A stretch of DNA of 59,841 nt, the filler included, from Catajapyx aquilonaris (lineage: Eukaryota): the NCBI GenBank assembly GCA_000934665.2. It is 2 parts of 2 records of this genome, joined end to end, with 100 filler letters (N's around TTAATTAATTAA, not from the genome) between each part and the next. Parts side by side here need not be neighbours in the genome. Positions count along the whole stretch, not along the records: positions 1 to 29,873 come from JYFJ02004729.1; 1 more part is not named here. One strand, 5' to 3'. Every line of letters starts with the position of its first letter. Positions within the stretch are counted from its first letter, which is position 1. The notes beneath the pieces were generated by a model. The model had not been told where the DNA came from. It made no database searches and worked only from the letters and a program-made list of their open reading frames with translations. A program made the translations under genes and the position numbers. Of the stretch, positions 1 through 10,600 are shown piece by piece.

Positions 1-310
1 GTTTGAAGGACTCGGTCGTGACATGGGATGGCAGCTGTCCTTGAAGTACGTGGAGTCCATCAGGAGGTGCCTGCAACGCCAGAGGAGAGACGTGCACATT
101 GGTGACAAGACTTATGATGTCACTTCAGAGCGGTTTGAAGTACTGAGGAAACATGTGAGAAACATGACTGATCGTGTTGGAATGGTGAAGGATATTGGAG
201 GGTCAAAGAGACTGGCAGAGTTGGAAGCTTCGGTGCATCGTTTGAACGAAGGGTTTATTGGGATAAGGGAACAAATTGACACGTTGGTAGCGTTAGTAAA
301 ACAACGCTGA
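1..310 (+). CDS. 3' end (C-terminal coiled-coil region) of a TRPA/Painless-like paralog starting upstream of the window
   Basis: Open frame FEGLGRDMGWQL...LVALVKQR* is near-identical to 26018-26325, which directly follows a recognisable S6/TRP-box segment. Heptad-like C-terminus. Tandem AATAAA at ~343-356. Confidence 0.8.
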   Translation, partial: FEGLGRDMGWQLSLKYVESIRRCLQRQRRDVHIGDKTYDVTSERFEVLRKHVRNMTDRVGMVKDIGGSKRLAELEASVHRLNEGFIGIREQIDTLVALVKQR

Positions 311-975
311 ATATTATGGTAGATCCGCCTTTTACTGCGTTGAATAAATGAATAAACACCATAACAATCAGGTCAGCTCTCCTTATTTATCCATTATTTG
401 GGTTGTCTGATCTGATATCGAGAGGTCATAACTTTTGACCTTTTATCGTTTGAACATCCCAGCATAGCCTGTCCTGTCAGCAAGCTGTTGTACCCCCTCT
501 AATTATCTGCGAGTACCTTACCAGTTTTTTTTTGCAATATGAATATGGTCATACTAGGATATTAAGGACCTCCTCCTCAATATCCTCTGGCAACCCCATA
601 TCTCTTTGAGAAACGCCGTGAAGATGAAGATGAAGATGATGATGATGATCGTTTTTCCGAAACGGTTTGTATTTTGGTGCATAACTTACCTGCCTCTATT
701 ATTGTGCCAAGTTTCATTCATTAACTCCATTTACAACGGATAACCTTCCCCTGTGAGTAATCAAACAAGACCGGCAAATCATGTGAGCGTGATTAGAGAA
801 GACTTTTTCATGTTTACTGCTATTGTTTCCAACGTCCGCCACTGGACTGGGACTTAAACTGAAACCACCCATAACTCATTTCCGGCCAAAAGTGGACTTA
901 CCCTTTTCCCCCTCCCTCCTCCGACCCCCAGACCGCCCCTGTCCCCTTTAAAAAATCTATCCTAACAAACCCATC

Positions 976-1396
976 TTATACACCTTTTCTCATCCATCGG
1001 AAAAGTCTTATAGCACGGCTCTGTCCGTCAGTCCGTCTGTGGACAGGTATCAGGTATCAGGGGGTAGGAGGAGGGAGGGGGGAAAGGGTGATCTGGGGAG
1101 GGGCGGTCAGGGGGAGGGGGTTGTGTCGGAAAAAGGCGGTGGGGGTAGGGGGCAGCCAGGGGGGAAGAGACGTGTACTATATAATGAACCCGGGACACAT
1201 GCCGCGATCCCGGCACCCGAAAATCCAAAAAAAGTCATATGGCACGGCTCTGTATGGCTGTCTGGTCTGGGAGGAATGGGCTGTCAGGAGTAGGGGGTGG
1301 TGGGGGAGGGGGCAGCCAGGCGCATACCTGTCCACAGACAGACCTACAGACAGATAGAGCCGTTCTATAAGACTTTTTTCTCAAAAAAGTCTAAAA
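976..1396. mobile_element. Helentron/DINE-1-like (HINE) non-autonomous element with inverted termini
   Basis: AAAAGTCTTATAGCACGGCTCTGTCCGTC..GTGGACAGGTAT (1001-1050) is inverted at 1324-1377, with a third direct copy near 1230. Stem-loop GACTTTTTT-CTC-AAAAAAGTC at 1371-1391. GTCY/ACAG microsatellite-like units and a G-rich interior. Confidence 0.55.
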
Positions 1397-1529
1397 CTGC
1401 ATATTTTCCACCGAGGCGTGGGGCCAAAAAAAAAATACATTAGGTTTTGTCAGGGATACAAGCCGCAGCATTTGTGGGCTCAACCTACATTATGTTTCTT
1501 GTCTCGACTAAAATGGCGGGGGCATGCAG

Positions 1530-1739
1530 GCGTGGATACACCTTTAAAATCAGATCAAGGGGCAGGCCGGCAAACTCGAGCGTTACAGAAAAGCATTACA
1601 GGAAAGCGCCTGTTATAGCAGTCTCGGTTATAATATGCTCTGGTATAGCATACTCGGTTATAATAGACTTAACGCTTTTCTGTAACTCTCGAGTTTGCCT
1701 GCATGGCCCCGGATCCGATTTTAAAGACGTATCCACGTC
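1530..1739. mobile_element. Small foldback MITE
   Basis: CGTGGATACACCTTTAAAATCAGATC...GCAAACTCGAGCGTTACAGAAAAGC is mirrored by GCTTTTCTGTAACTCTCGAGTTTGC...GATCCGATTTTAAAGACGTATCCACG. Confidence 0.65.
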
Positions 1740-1765
1740 AAAAATGGTCTGTTACAGGCTGGGTA

Positions 1766-3601
1766 GGTAGATTCTCAGACGGTGGAGCCGTCTAGCGGCC
1801 GGAAAGTACAGTTTTGACATGAAAGAAGGGCGTGCTTGGCTCACACAGTGGGGTCGGAAGTCACAATAATAATATTTCACTTCTGGCAGAGAAGATACCA
1901 TTTACAGTGCTGATACTACATCCCTTCCTGAACGTAAATAGCCCCAGACCACAAGTTATAAGGCTCTAATTAGCCCGTAATTAATTCATCAAAATGGCGG
2001 TATTCAGGAAATATATATTGCGGAATTCCACTCTTATTTACGGATATTTATCATGTATGACATGTTATATTCACACACGTTGGAGTGTAAAACTCTATCG
2101 AAATATGAAATAATTTTAAAAGGACATTTTATCATTATAACATTAAATAAGGCAGCCAAAAGTCGGAAAATAAACGTTTCAGCTATACATGGTCATATTT
2201 GGTATGAAATCATGTGTTTTTGAGGGTGCAGAATTCAGTGGTGGCACCGAAAATAGTACCAGACAATTCCAGAAGTAATACAGTGAAACATGTCTATAAC
2301 GGACCCTGCTTTAGCGGAAACCTGTCCATCGCGGAAAATTTTTAGGGTCTCGATTCTGCTATACACAGGTTTCATTGTAATAAACTCTTTGAAAAGATGT
2401 ACCCGCGAGCATAAAGATGGAGACGGCAGTCCCTCACCTTCGGCAGGCTGCTCTGCCAATCTCAACAATTACAGTATCAAATAATTAATACTGTCATAAA
2501 TACATGAACACAAGCCTGAAGCAGCTAACTCGGTCCAAAAATAGTTCATTAATTTGAGTCGGACAAAGACAGGTCAAAAAAGGGCCTGCCGTCTCTATCT
2601 TTATGCTCGCGGGGGTACCTATGTTTTCATTTTACACATACCATCAGACCCTAGAAGTGGAATTAATTATACAGCTAATGTGCATTTTAGAAAGATAAGA
2701 TGTGTTAAGTTAAAAAAAATTTAGTCCGAGCATCCCATCCGACCACTGGGTAATGCAATCAGAACCATTCGTAAACATCATTTCTTGAACATCGACCTTC
2801 ACATGAGCGTAACAGGGTACATTGCAATAAGTTTTTCGCGAATTTACATAAAGAGCACTGTTTCTTGCAGGGTCCACTTGCGATCAGCTCTTCCGAGATT
2901 TTCGCGACATCTGCAATGGTTGACCCTGGTTTACCACAGCCACAAATATATTTTTTCCATCCCCAAGTATCTGGTGGTGGCTGTGTGTGGCTATATAGCA
3001 GAATCGAGACCCTAAAAAATTTCCGTCATGGACAAGTTTCCGCTATAAGCAGGGTCCGTTATAGACAGGTTTCACTGTATTACTTCTGGGATTGTCTGGT
3101 ACTATTTTCGGTACCACCACTGAATTCTGCACCCTCAAAAACACATGATTTCATACCAAACATGACAATGTAGGCATGTACCGGTAGCTGAAAAGTTTAT
3201 TTTCCGACTTTTGGCGGTCTTATTTAATGTTATAATGATTAAATGGCCCTGTTAAATTATTTATTATTTCGATGGAGTTTTACACTCCAACTTGTGTGAA
3301 AACAACATGACATACATGATAAATAGCTATGAATAAGAGCGGTATTACGAAATATATTATTCTTGATGACCGCCATTTTGATGAATTAATTACGGGCTAA
3401 TTAGAGCCAAAAAACCTGGGGTCTGGGGCTATAAACGTTCAGGAATGGATGTAGTATCAGCACCGTAAATGGCATCTGCTCTGCCAGAAGCGAAATGTTC
3501 TGCCACTATTTCGGACGTTCCGACCCCACTGGCCATATACACAGTTTCCTGCCAGAACTTGTGCTTTAGACCGCCAATGGCGCCACCATCGAGAATCTAC
3601 C
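1766..3601. mobile_element. Large non-autonomous foldback element with ~600-bp imperfect TIRs
   Basis: TA|GGTAGATTCTC...GAGAATCTACC|TA. Arms ~1766-2363 and ~2993-3601 align as reverse complements throughout. No transposase ORF inside. Confidence 0.8.
2399..2618. mobile_element. MITE nested in the spacer of the foldback element
   Basis: CCGCGAGCATAAAGATGGAGACGGCAG ... CTGCCGTCTCTATCTTTATGCTCGCGG inverted pair. Confidence 0.65.
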
Positions 3602-3982
3602 TATGGTACCCATAAGCGAGGTAAGCTGAAAATGAGTGCATCATGAGGAATAAAAAAATACAGATGGAAGCAGTAGTAGCACCAGGCTGTGGGTGACGTT
3701 ATCCCGTATAACAATGACCTGCTGTTGCATCTGAATCGCAGATGTCACGTGACCAAGAGGTAAATAAGTGACACACAAACAGTAGATAAGAAAGTTATCA
3801 ACAGAGCAACCATCAGTGAGATAATGAAAGGGAAAAAAGATAAACACCTCACCTCAGTGGGCCGTGTGTAGCAAATTGCAATGATGAAACACAGAGTCGA
3901 GTGAAGTAAGTTCAAATATTTTTTGACATGTAGGCCTTTCATTACATTTCGACAGCATTGATATCACTTTTGTCATCCGCAG

Positions 3983-4051
3983 GTTGTGAAAAGGGCCGGA
4001 AATAATGAAGACCCGATGCCACGCGACGCCAGAGACGCAGCATAACTGAAG
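3983..4051 (+). other. Candidate small 5' exon A of the TRPA locus
   Basis: Flanked by pyrimidine-rich CAG| acceptor and AG|GTAAAT donor. A homologous block with the same splice signals occurs at 27650-27721. Confidence 0.5.
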
Positions 4052-5153
4052 GTAAATATAGTTTGGGATGAATTGTTGCGAACTCATATGGAACTTACTG
4101 TATAAATTCAGACAGTTTGGAGTATGGAGTTTTAGTCGTACAGTAGCTTTGCAAAGATGGCTGCCTCCATTCTGGTGTGCGCCAATGACGAAAAGGGACC
4201 TGTGATTAGGTTTGGGGCATATAACTTACAATAACCATGAAATTGTATCGGCTAATGGAGGCACTACATCTGTTTTTCCACATATCTTGCAGTCACGTGC
4301 CTATAAGTGGTGTGCCAGGTCAGTGCAATAATGGAGCTGCGACTGACAAATACATGGCATATCTCTATTGTGCCACAGTATGTGATAATTTATTTAGATC
4401 GCTTTTGTCCCTCCTGTCCACAAAACGTGTTGACTGTTCTTTTATTCACCTTGGATGGTGAATGTCTGAATGGAAGCGGCCATCTTACTTAACCTATACT
4501 CACTGTCAGACCCCCAGTGTTCATTGGTGATATGACTGAAACTTCACAGGTTCACTGGTGGTATGCAGGGACTAAAATAATATTTTCCCAGGTTATGGTT
4601 AGAAAGTAGGCTAGGTAGTTGTTGGGACCCCATATATCATTCGGTGCCTTTCCTTTATATACAACTGATTTTTAATGCAGGGCCATCAAAAATAATGCGC
4701 GGATTTTAAAACCCTATAACTCGAAAACTTGTAGACATAATATTATTAACTCATTTAAGTTTTGAAATTCTAATAAAAATGTCTAACCTTAGTTTGTTTC
4801 GATATGAGCTTTACCTGTCGCTCGCAAGAATGATTTAAAAAACGGTATTCGGTCTCGTGCCAAACCCGCTCAATCATGTCTGGAGTTACCGTTGCAATCC
4901 AATCCCGTAGGTGCTGGAGATGACGGGTATTTAGTCTTTACACCACACACATTATTCTTGATGATGCACATAAAAAGTCGCCTCACCAATGAAACAAAGC
5001 TGCCATATGATGGTATGAATGTTTCATTTGTTATGCCTCTCAGTGTGCGAAGTCTTGAATGAGAAGTTTCCCGATGCCTAGCCCCTCCCAAAAGCACAGA
5101 TTTTACCCCAACTGACTTTATTGTGAAGATACATGACTGTATGGCCTCGGTCA

Positions 5154-5390
5154 CACTATAAGAAATTTCCGTGACGGAAATTCCGTCGGATTCCGCTCAA
5201 AAAATCAAACACATGTAAGTAAACGGGATTCGGTCGGGAGGGGACACAAACGACGGATTTTCCGTCGTTCCGTCGAGCACCAGCCGAAAACACGACGGAA
5301 AAAATCGGCCGCCGATTCGGTCGGGGACAATAATCCCATTCCAATACATTGATTCCGCCGGGGAAAGGCCACACTACCGACGGAAAAAGG
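5154..5390 (+). mobile_element. CACTA/EnSpm-like element end with subterminal repeats
   Basis: Begins CACTATAAGAAATTTCCGTGACGGAAATTCCGTCGG and carries many direct and inverted CCGTCG/CGACGG motifs. Opposite end not found. Confidence 0.5.
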
Positions 5391-5763
5391 GGCTTTTCTG
5401 GCATGGAAACCAGGGGACTGGTAACTGACGTCCACCACGATCTCACGACTTTGTACGGCAGAGTGGACAAGGCTTGGCTCCCAGACACTATCTCACAGGT
5501 TTTTTCGGCGGAAGACTTGGCGCGTTTTTACGAGTGCGTTTTTGAGGGGATTATACGTATTAACTGAAATACACTATACGTAATTATATCACAATTATTT
5601 TTATTTTATAGCATTGGGATAACATTATTGCACCAAAACCAAGTACAGTTATAGCTTATAGGTATAATTCATTGCAATAAGAGTGAAGGTGTAACTGTAC
5701 TTATCGTTAGGATATTACTTCGAGTAGGTTATATCGAAACCTCAACTGATTTTCCATTTCCAG

Positions 5764-5868
5764 GACGACTCTGAATTGATCCGTCAGGGATTTCCTGATG
5801 CTGCACAGAAGAGTCGTCTTCTCTTTCGTTGGGCATGCCTTTAAACCTGGAGTACATTTGACCACAAG
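5764..5868 (+). other. Candidate 5'-UTR exon B of TRPA paralog 1
   Basis: ACTGATTTTCCATTTCCAG| acceptor and AAG|GTAGGT donor. Homologous to 21490-21667 upstream of paralog 2. Confidence 0.55.
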
Positions 5869-6614
5869 GTAGGTGGAGTCACATAGCTGATTTATCGTTT
5901 GTCCGAACCTCGGCCCTCTTATCGCGTGCCGTTATGCTCCCACCCGTATAGGGAGGGGGGTTGTCGACTAGACGCTGGTGTAGTCAACGATGGCAATCCT
6001 GGCGAACGAAGGCTCCTAAACCGCCAATTCAAATGTAGTTTTCTCAGAGACCACAAGACTTCATGGTTTGAAGGTTAAAGCTGTTAAGGCCTTGGAGAAT
6101 AAGACCGAATCTGAATAGGCGGTTTGGGAAGCTTCGTCCTCCAGGCTCTCCACCTTCGCTTAGTGCAGGAGACTACATCAGCGCCTCCGTCGTCAACCTC
6201 CCTCCTTACAGTTGGGAGCAACGAAGCTCCCGAGAGTCTCCATAAGGCTGGGGTAGGAGTGTCAGGGAGCTGGCAGCCATGTTGGCGGGGTTGGGCAGGC
6301 GGGGTGGCTCCCGACATGTTGGCAACGTCGCAAGCATTCGATTTCCGGGAGAGAAGGAAAGGTGTGTTGATACCTCTACCAAGCGAACCGATCAGGTACC
6401 GTATACGTGTGTTAGAAGAACTCTTTGGTTAGAGTTGACACAACTGACAACCAACAATGCGATTCCATTTAGGCCTAGGCTACATAATATGTAGCCAGAC
6501 TTTAGTCACCCTGTATGCAGTATTATGTGTAGACACAGACATTATTGTCATACTTACATTTTTAGGTAAAGTAACTAATGACAATAGTTTCTATGTTGTT
6601 ACATATACAGTATA

Positions 6615-7003
6615 CAGGGTGGCCGAAAAGGCCCGCACCAATAATATTATATTATATTGGCAAATACAATAAAAGACTAGTTCCCTACATAAACTCTACA
6701 AAATGTCTTCAATGTGGTTCCCACCAATGTCAAAACAATAGGCTACTGTAGACATGTTTTCATGTTCGGAAATCAAACGTGTGCGCTGTGAAGGTCAGGG
6801 ATCATCTGCGTGAGTGTATGGCTGCAGAATGCTGCACCATTTCGCAGGACATGGTGACCCGCATTCTGCGGAACATGAAAATATGCCTACAGTTATGCTT
6901 TGTCATTGGTGGGAAACCATATTGAAAATATATTGCAGTTTTTACCCATGGAAATATTTGTTATTGTATTTACCCTTTGATGCGGGACTTTTCGGCCACC
7001 CTG
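6615..7003. mobile_element. Tc1/mariner-type MITE
   Basis: TA|CAGGGTGGCCGAAAAGGCCCGCA ... TGCGGGACTTTTCGGCCACCCTG|TA. Confidence 0.85.
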
Positions 7004-7686
7004 TAGAATGACAAATATTATTTAGGGAAAATGTGAAATGAGCGCCAGCGTCTGGGGCGAAACTGGAGAATCTACTATTTTTCGCTGCCAGGCTGCTGGC
7101 CACGGGTCAATTCTTTGCGGTCCCATTGGTCGTTGCCTTTTAGTTTCTGCGGTCACAATTGCTAGATCAATAATTGGCGATGGACATAAGGTTTTCACAG
7201 GTTTCCGTTGACGAGTAACGAGATTTTACTATTTGTAACATGCACATAACAATCCCATTTATGCACCTGATAGGTTCCCGTGGCAGGGGTATCAAGACAC
7301 TTTTTGTTATCTCCCGGCAATCGATTGTTTGCGATCCGTTGCCAACACGTCCCGTCCTCGTCCGCATCACTAAGGTGCGGGCACACGATATATCTTCCCT
7401 CAAAGTGAGTACAAAACATTTAATTGTAGTTGAATCGGCGCAAATTCAAATTACAAAAAAATATAATTATACATGATTGTGTAATTACATCTGAACTAAT
7501 GCTTTTGTTATGTCGAGGAACAGTACTCAAATGTGCAAGTGTATTTCTTAAAATTTCTAATTAGTTACAAGTCATTAATTCAATTTAAAGGTATACCATC
7601 GGAACACGCAGAAGGGTAACTGGATTTCGTGTCGGCTGCAACGCCAGCGATCATCGAAAAACCAAAGTCGTGCCCCAATAAGTTGA

Positions 7687-10600
7687 ATGGAATATTTTAT
7701 TTCTGATGCAAACGAAGAAACGACAAATATAGAGATGACAGACAGAGTGACACCAATAAAACAAGAAAGTGAAAGAGAGAAAATCATCGGAGAAGCTAAA
7801 AGGCTCTTAGATGAAGATTGTAAAGACACCAACAAGTTTACTCGAATGATGTTTGAAGTGATTAGAGTGGCAGATGAACCAGAACTAGTGGAGCGTTTTC
7901 TGACAATCAAGGATGGAATCGATGTTAATGCTCGAGGTGACAAGAGATGGACACTGCTCCATGCTGCAAGCCATTTTTCTCGTGATCAGACACTCAACAA
8001 ACTGCTGCGGAGGAAAGCCAGTGTCAATACCACAGACGATGAAGGTTGCACAGCACTCCATTACGTCCGGACAAAGGAAGGTGCTATGCTGCTGATTGGT
8101 GCAGGCGCGTTTGTCCACGCAAAGGACCGATACGGTGAAACCCCTCTTTTTGTTGCTGCTAGATCAAAAAACTTGGAAGTTGCGAAGGTGTACATGGATG
8201 AAGATGCCACATGCGCTGATGGAGTCAATAAAGACGGCATGACTGCGCTTCACGTTGCTGTGAAAGAATGTACAAGATGGAAAAATGAATGGCAATGTGA
8301 TATAGCGAGATTATATGAAACAATAGAAGAAAAACAAGAGAGATTTCAACGGGAAGAAAAAGAAAAGAAAGAGATCGAGAATGAAATAGGCATGGTAGCT
8401 CTACTGCTGGGGAAACATACTACTGATGGAGTAAAATACCCCTTTAAAAACATGTCTTCTCTTCATAATGATGCTGGAAATACGCCAGGCCATGATGATG
8501 ATGCGTTAGAGATGAAGAACATCCTAGGGAAACTGCTGTCGTCTGACCCAACAAACTACTACAAAGCTCTGTGGACTCGTAACGATGCAGGAAGAACGCC
8601 TCTACATCTGGCCGCAATAAGTGGCAATTGTGACCTTCTGGATTTGTGGGAAAAATGTCCCCGTCCTTACGTCATGCCAAGGATTTATCGGTTGCTAGAG
8701 GGCTGGTTCGGCATTACTCTGAATTTCCTCACCAGCCACGAAGAAGGCATTGCGTCTCGTTTGGCAAACTGGAAGGAGGAAAAGGAGAAGTGTGAAAAGG
8801 AAATGAGAACCCTAGACATACATGATGGTATATATTATACTCAATTGAAAATTTCCAGAGATAAGGCGATGGAGTCAATTCGCAGCGTGTGGTATCCAGC
8901 CAAAGATTTAGAAGGTAACACTGCCCTTCACTTGGCAGTCAGACACGGTCAGAAGGATATGGCTCTGGAGTTGCTGTCAAGAGGCATCAAGGACACTCCA
9001 AATAAGCATGGTGACTGGGCCTTGCACGTGGCGGTCAGTGAAGGACACTTGGACATCGTTGATGGATTGTTGGGTGCCAACAATACCAGTAACTACAAGT
9101 ACAGACACATCGCCCGTAACTACCGGTACACACACAACGCCCGTAATAGCGAGGGATGGACCCCACTCCACATTGCAGCCCGATCTGGGAAGAAGGACAT
9201 GGTGGAACTTCTATTAAATCAGAAATATACCATGATAAACGCAAAGAATTGGAAAGGGGAGACACCACTCCACGAAGCGGTGGTCAACGGGCACGAAGAT
9301 GTCGCCAGAATTCTCATTCAGCACTGGGGAGATTTAGAGAGCAGAGTGGAAGGTTTCTCGACAGGAGATCTCATCAAGAAACAATTTCCGGACGTGCTAG
9401 ATTCTATCAAAGTTCACAGTTTTGACAGAATGTGTCCACCAAATGACTTAACTGCAGCGCTTTATATAGAAAGGTCCGACGTATTTAAACATATACTGGA
9501 CAAAAGGAAGAAACAACTGGTAAATAAAACAGATCAACTGGACAAGGTAAAGAAACAGCTAGAAAATGAGAGACTACCGAAAAGGAAAACGGAACTTATG
9601 AAAAAGAAAGAGCACCTTCACAGAAAGACCACACAGTTATCAAGGGGAGATCATTCCGACCAATACCTTCTTGAACGAGCATCTGTCCTTGGCCTAGAAA
9701 GTTGCGTCGAGGAACTTCACAGAAACTCACGATATATACAAAACCTTTACGCAAGGGATAACACATGGTTGATTCAAGCAGCAACATGGGGACATCTTGA
9801 TATTTTGATGAGGTACAAAACCAGCCTGAAAAATCTCAGCACCAATCAAGAAGAAGGTGTGCTTCATCTTCTCGCTAAGGGAATTGACAAGATAGACACA
9901 GACGTTGTTGAATGTTGTTCTCAGGTCAACGAAAACAGTCTGTCCCAAAGGTACGACGCCTGCATAGTTAAATTGCTGACATATTTCGAGTCAGAGGAAT
10001 CTCTTAACCAATTGATCAACTCTGAAAACTCTGAGGGAAGGACGCCTCTGCACTACTGCATCACAAACAGAAGTGAAGACACCACTGTTGAGATGCTGTT
10101 GCACGGGGCCGATCCATGGAGAATAGACCAGGACAGAGGCCAACCACTGATAAATAACATTTCGGAATCAACGCTGAAGAAATATTTTGACAGATGCGTG
10201 ACACTGACATCCAAATCCGGCGACAATAACCTGAAAGTCTGCGTTGACTATCAGTTATTGAGGTCAAGAATAAATGCGACCGAATTCGAGATGCTCGAAT
10301 ATTTCAGCCAGACAGAGAAGCACATGCATCTCCTGAACCATCCAGTTCTGTCAACGTTCCTTTTCTTCAAGTGGAAGAAGATTCAGTGGCTGTTCTGGCT
10401 TGATTTTGTATTGTATTTGATATTTCTCGCGTTGTGGGCAACTAACGTGATTCTGCCTTCGTCTTCGCCGGACGACGAGCATTTCGTAAAAATACCTGCC
10501 TTTTGTTGGTGGGTTATGGTCTTTTTGTGGGTTTATATATCCTTCAGAAAATTTTTGCAAATGTTTCGAGATATTAAGAACAATTTTTTTCGACTGGAAA

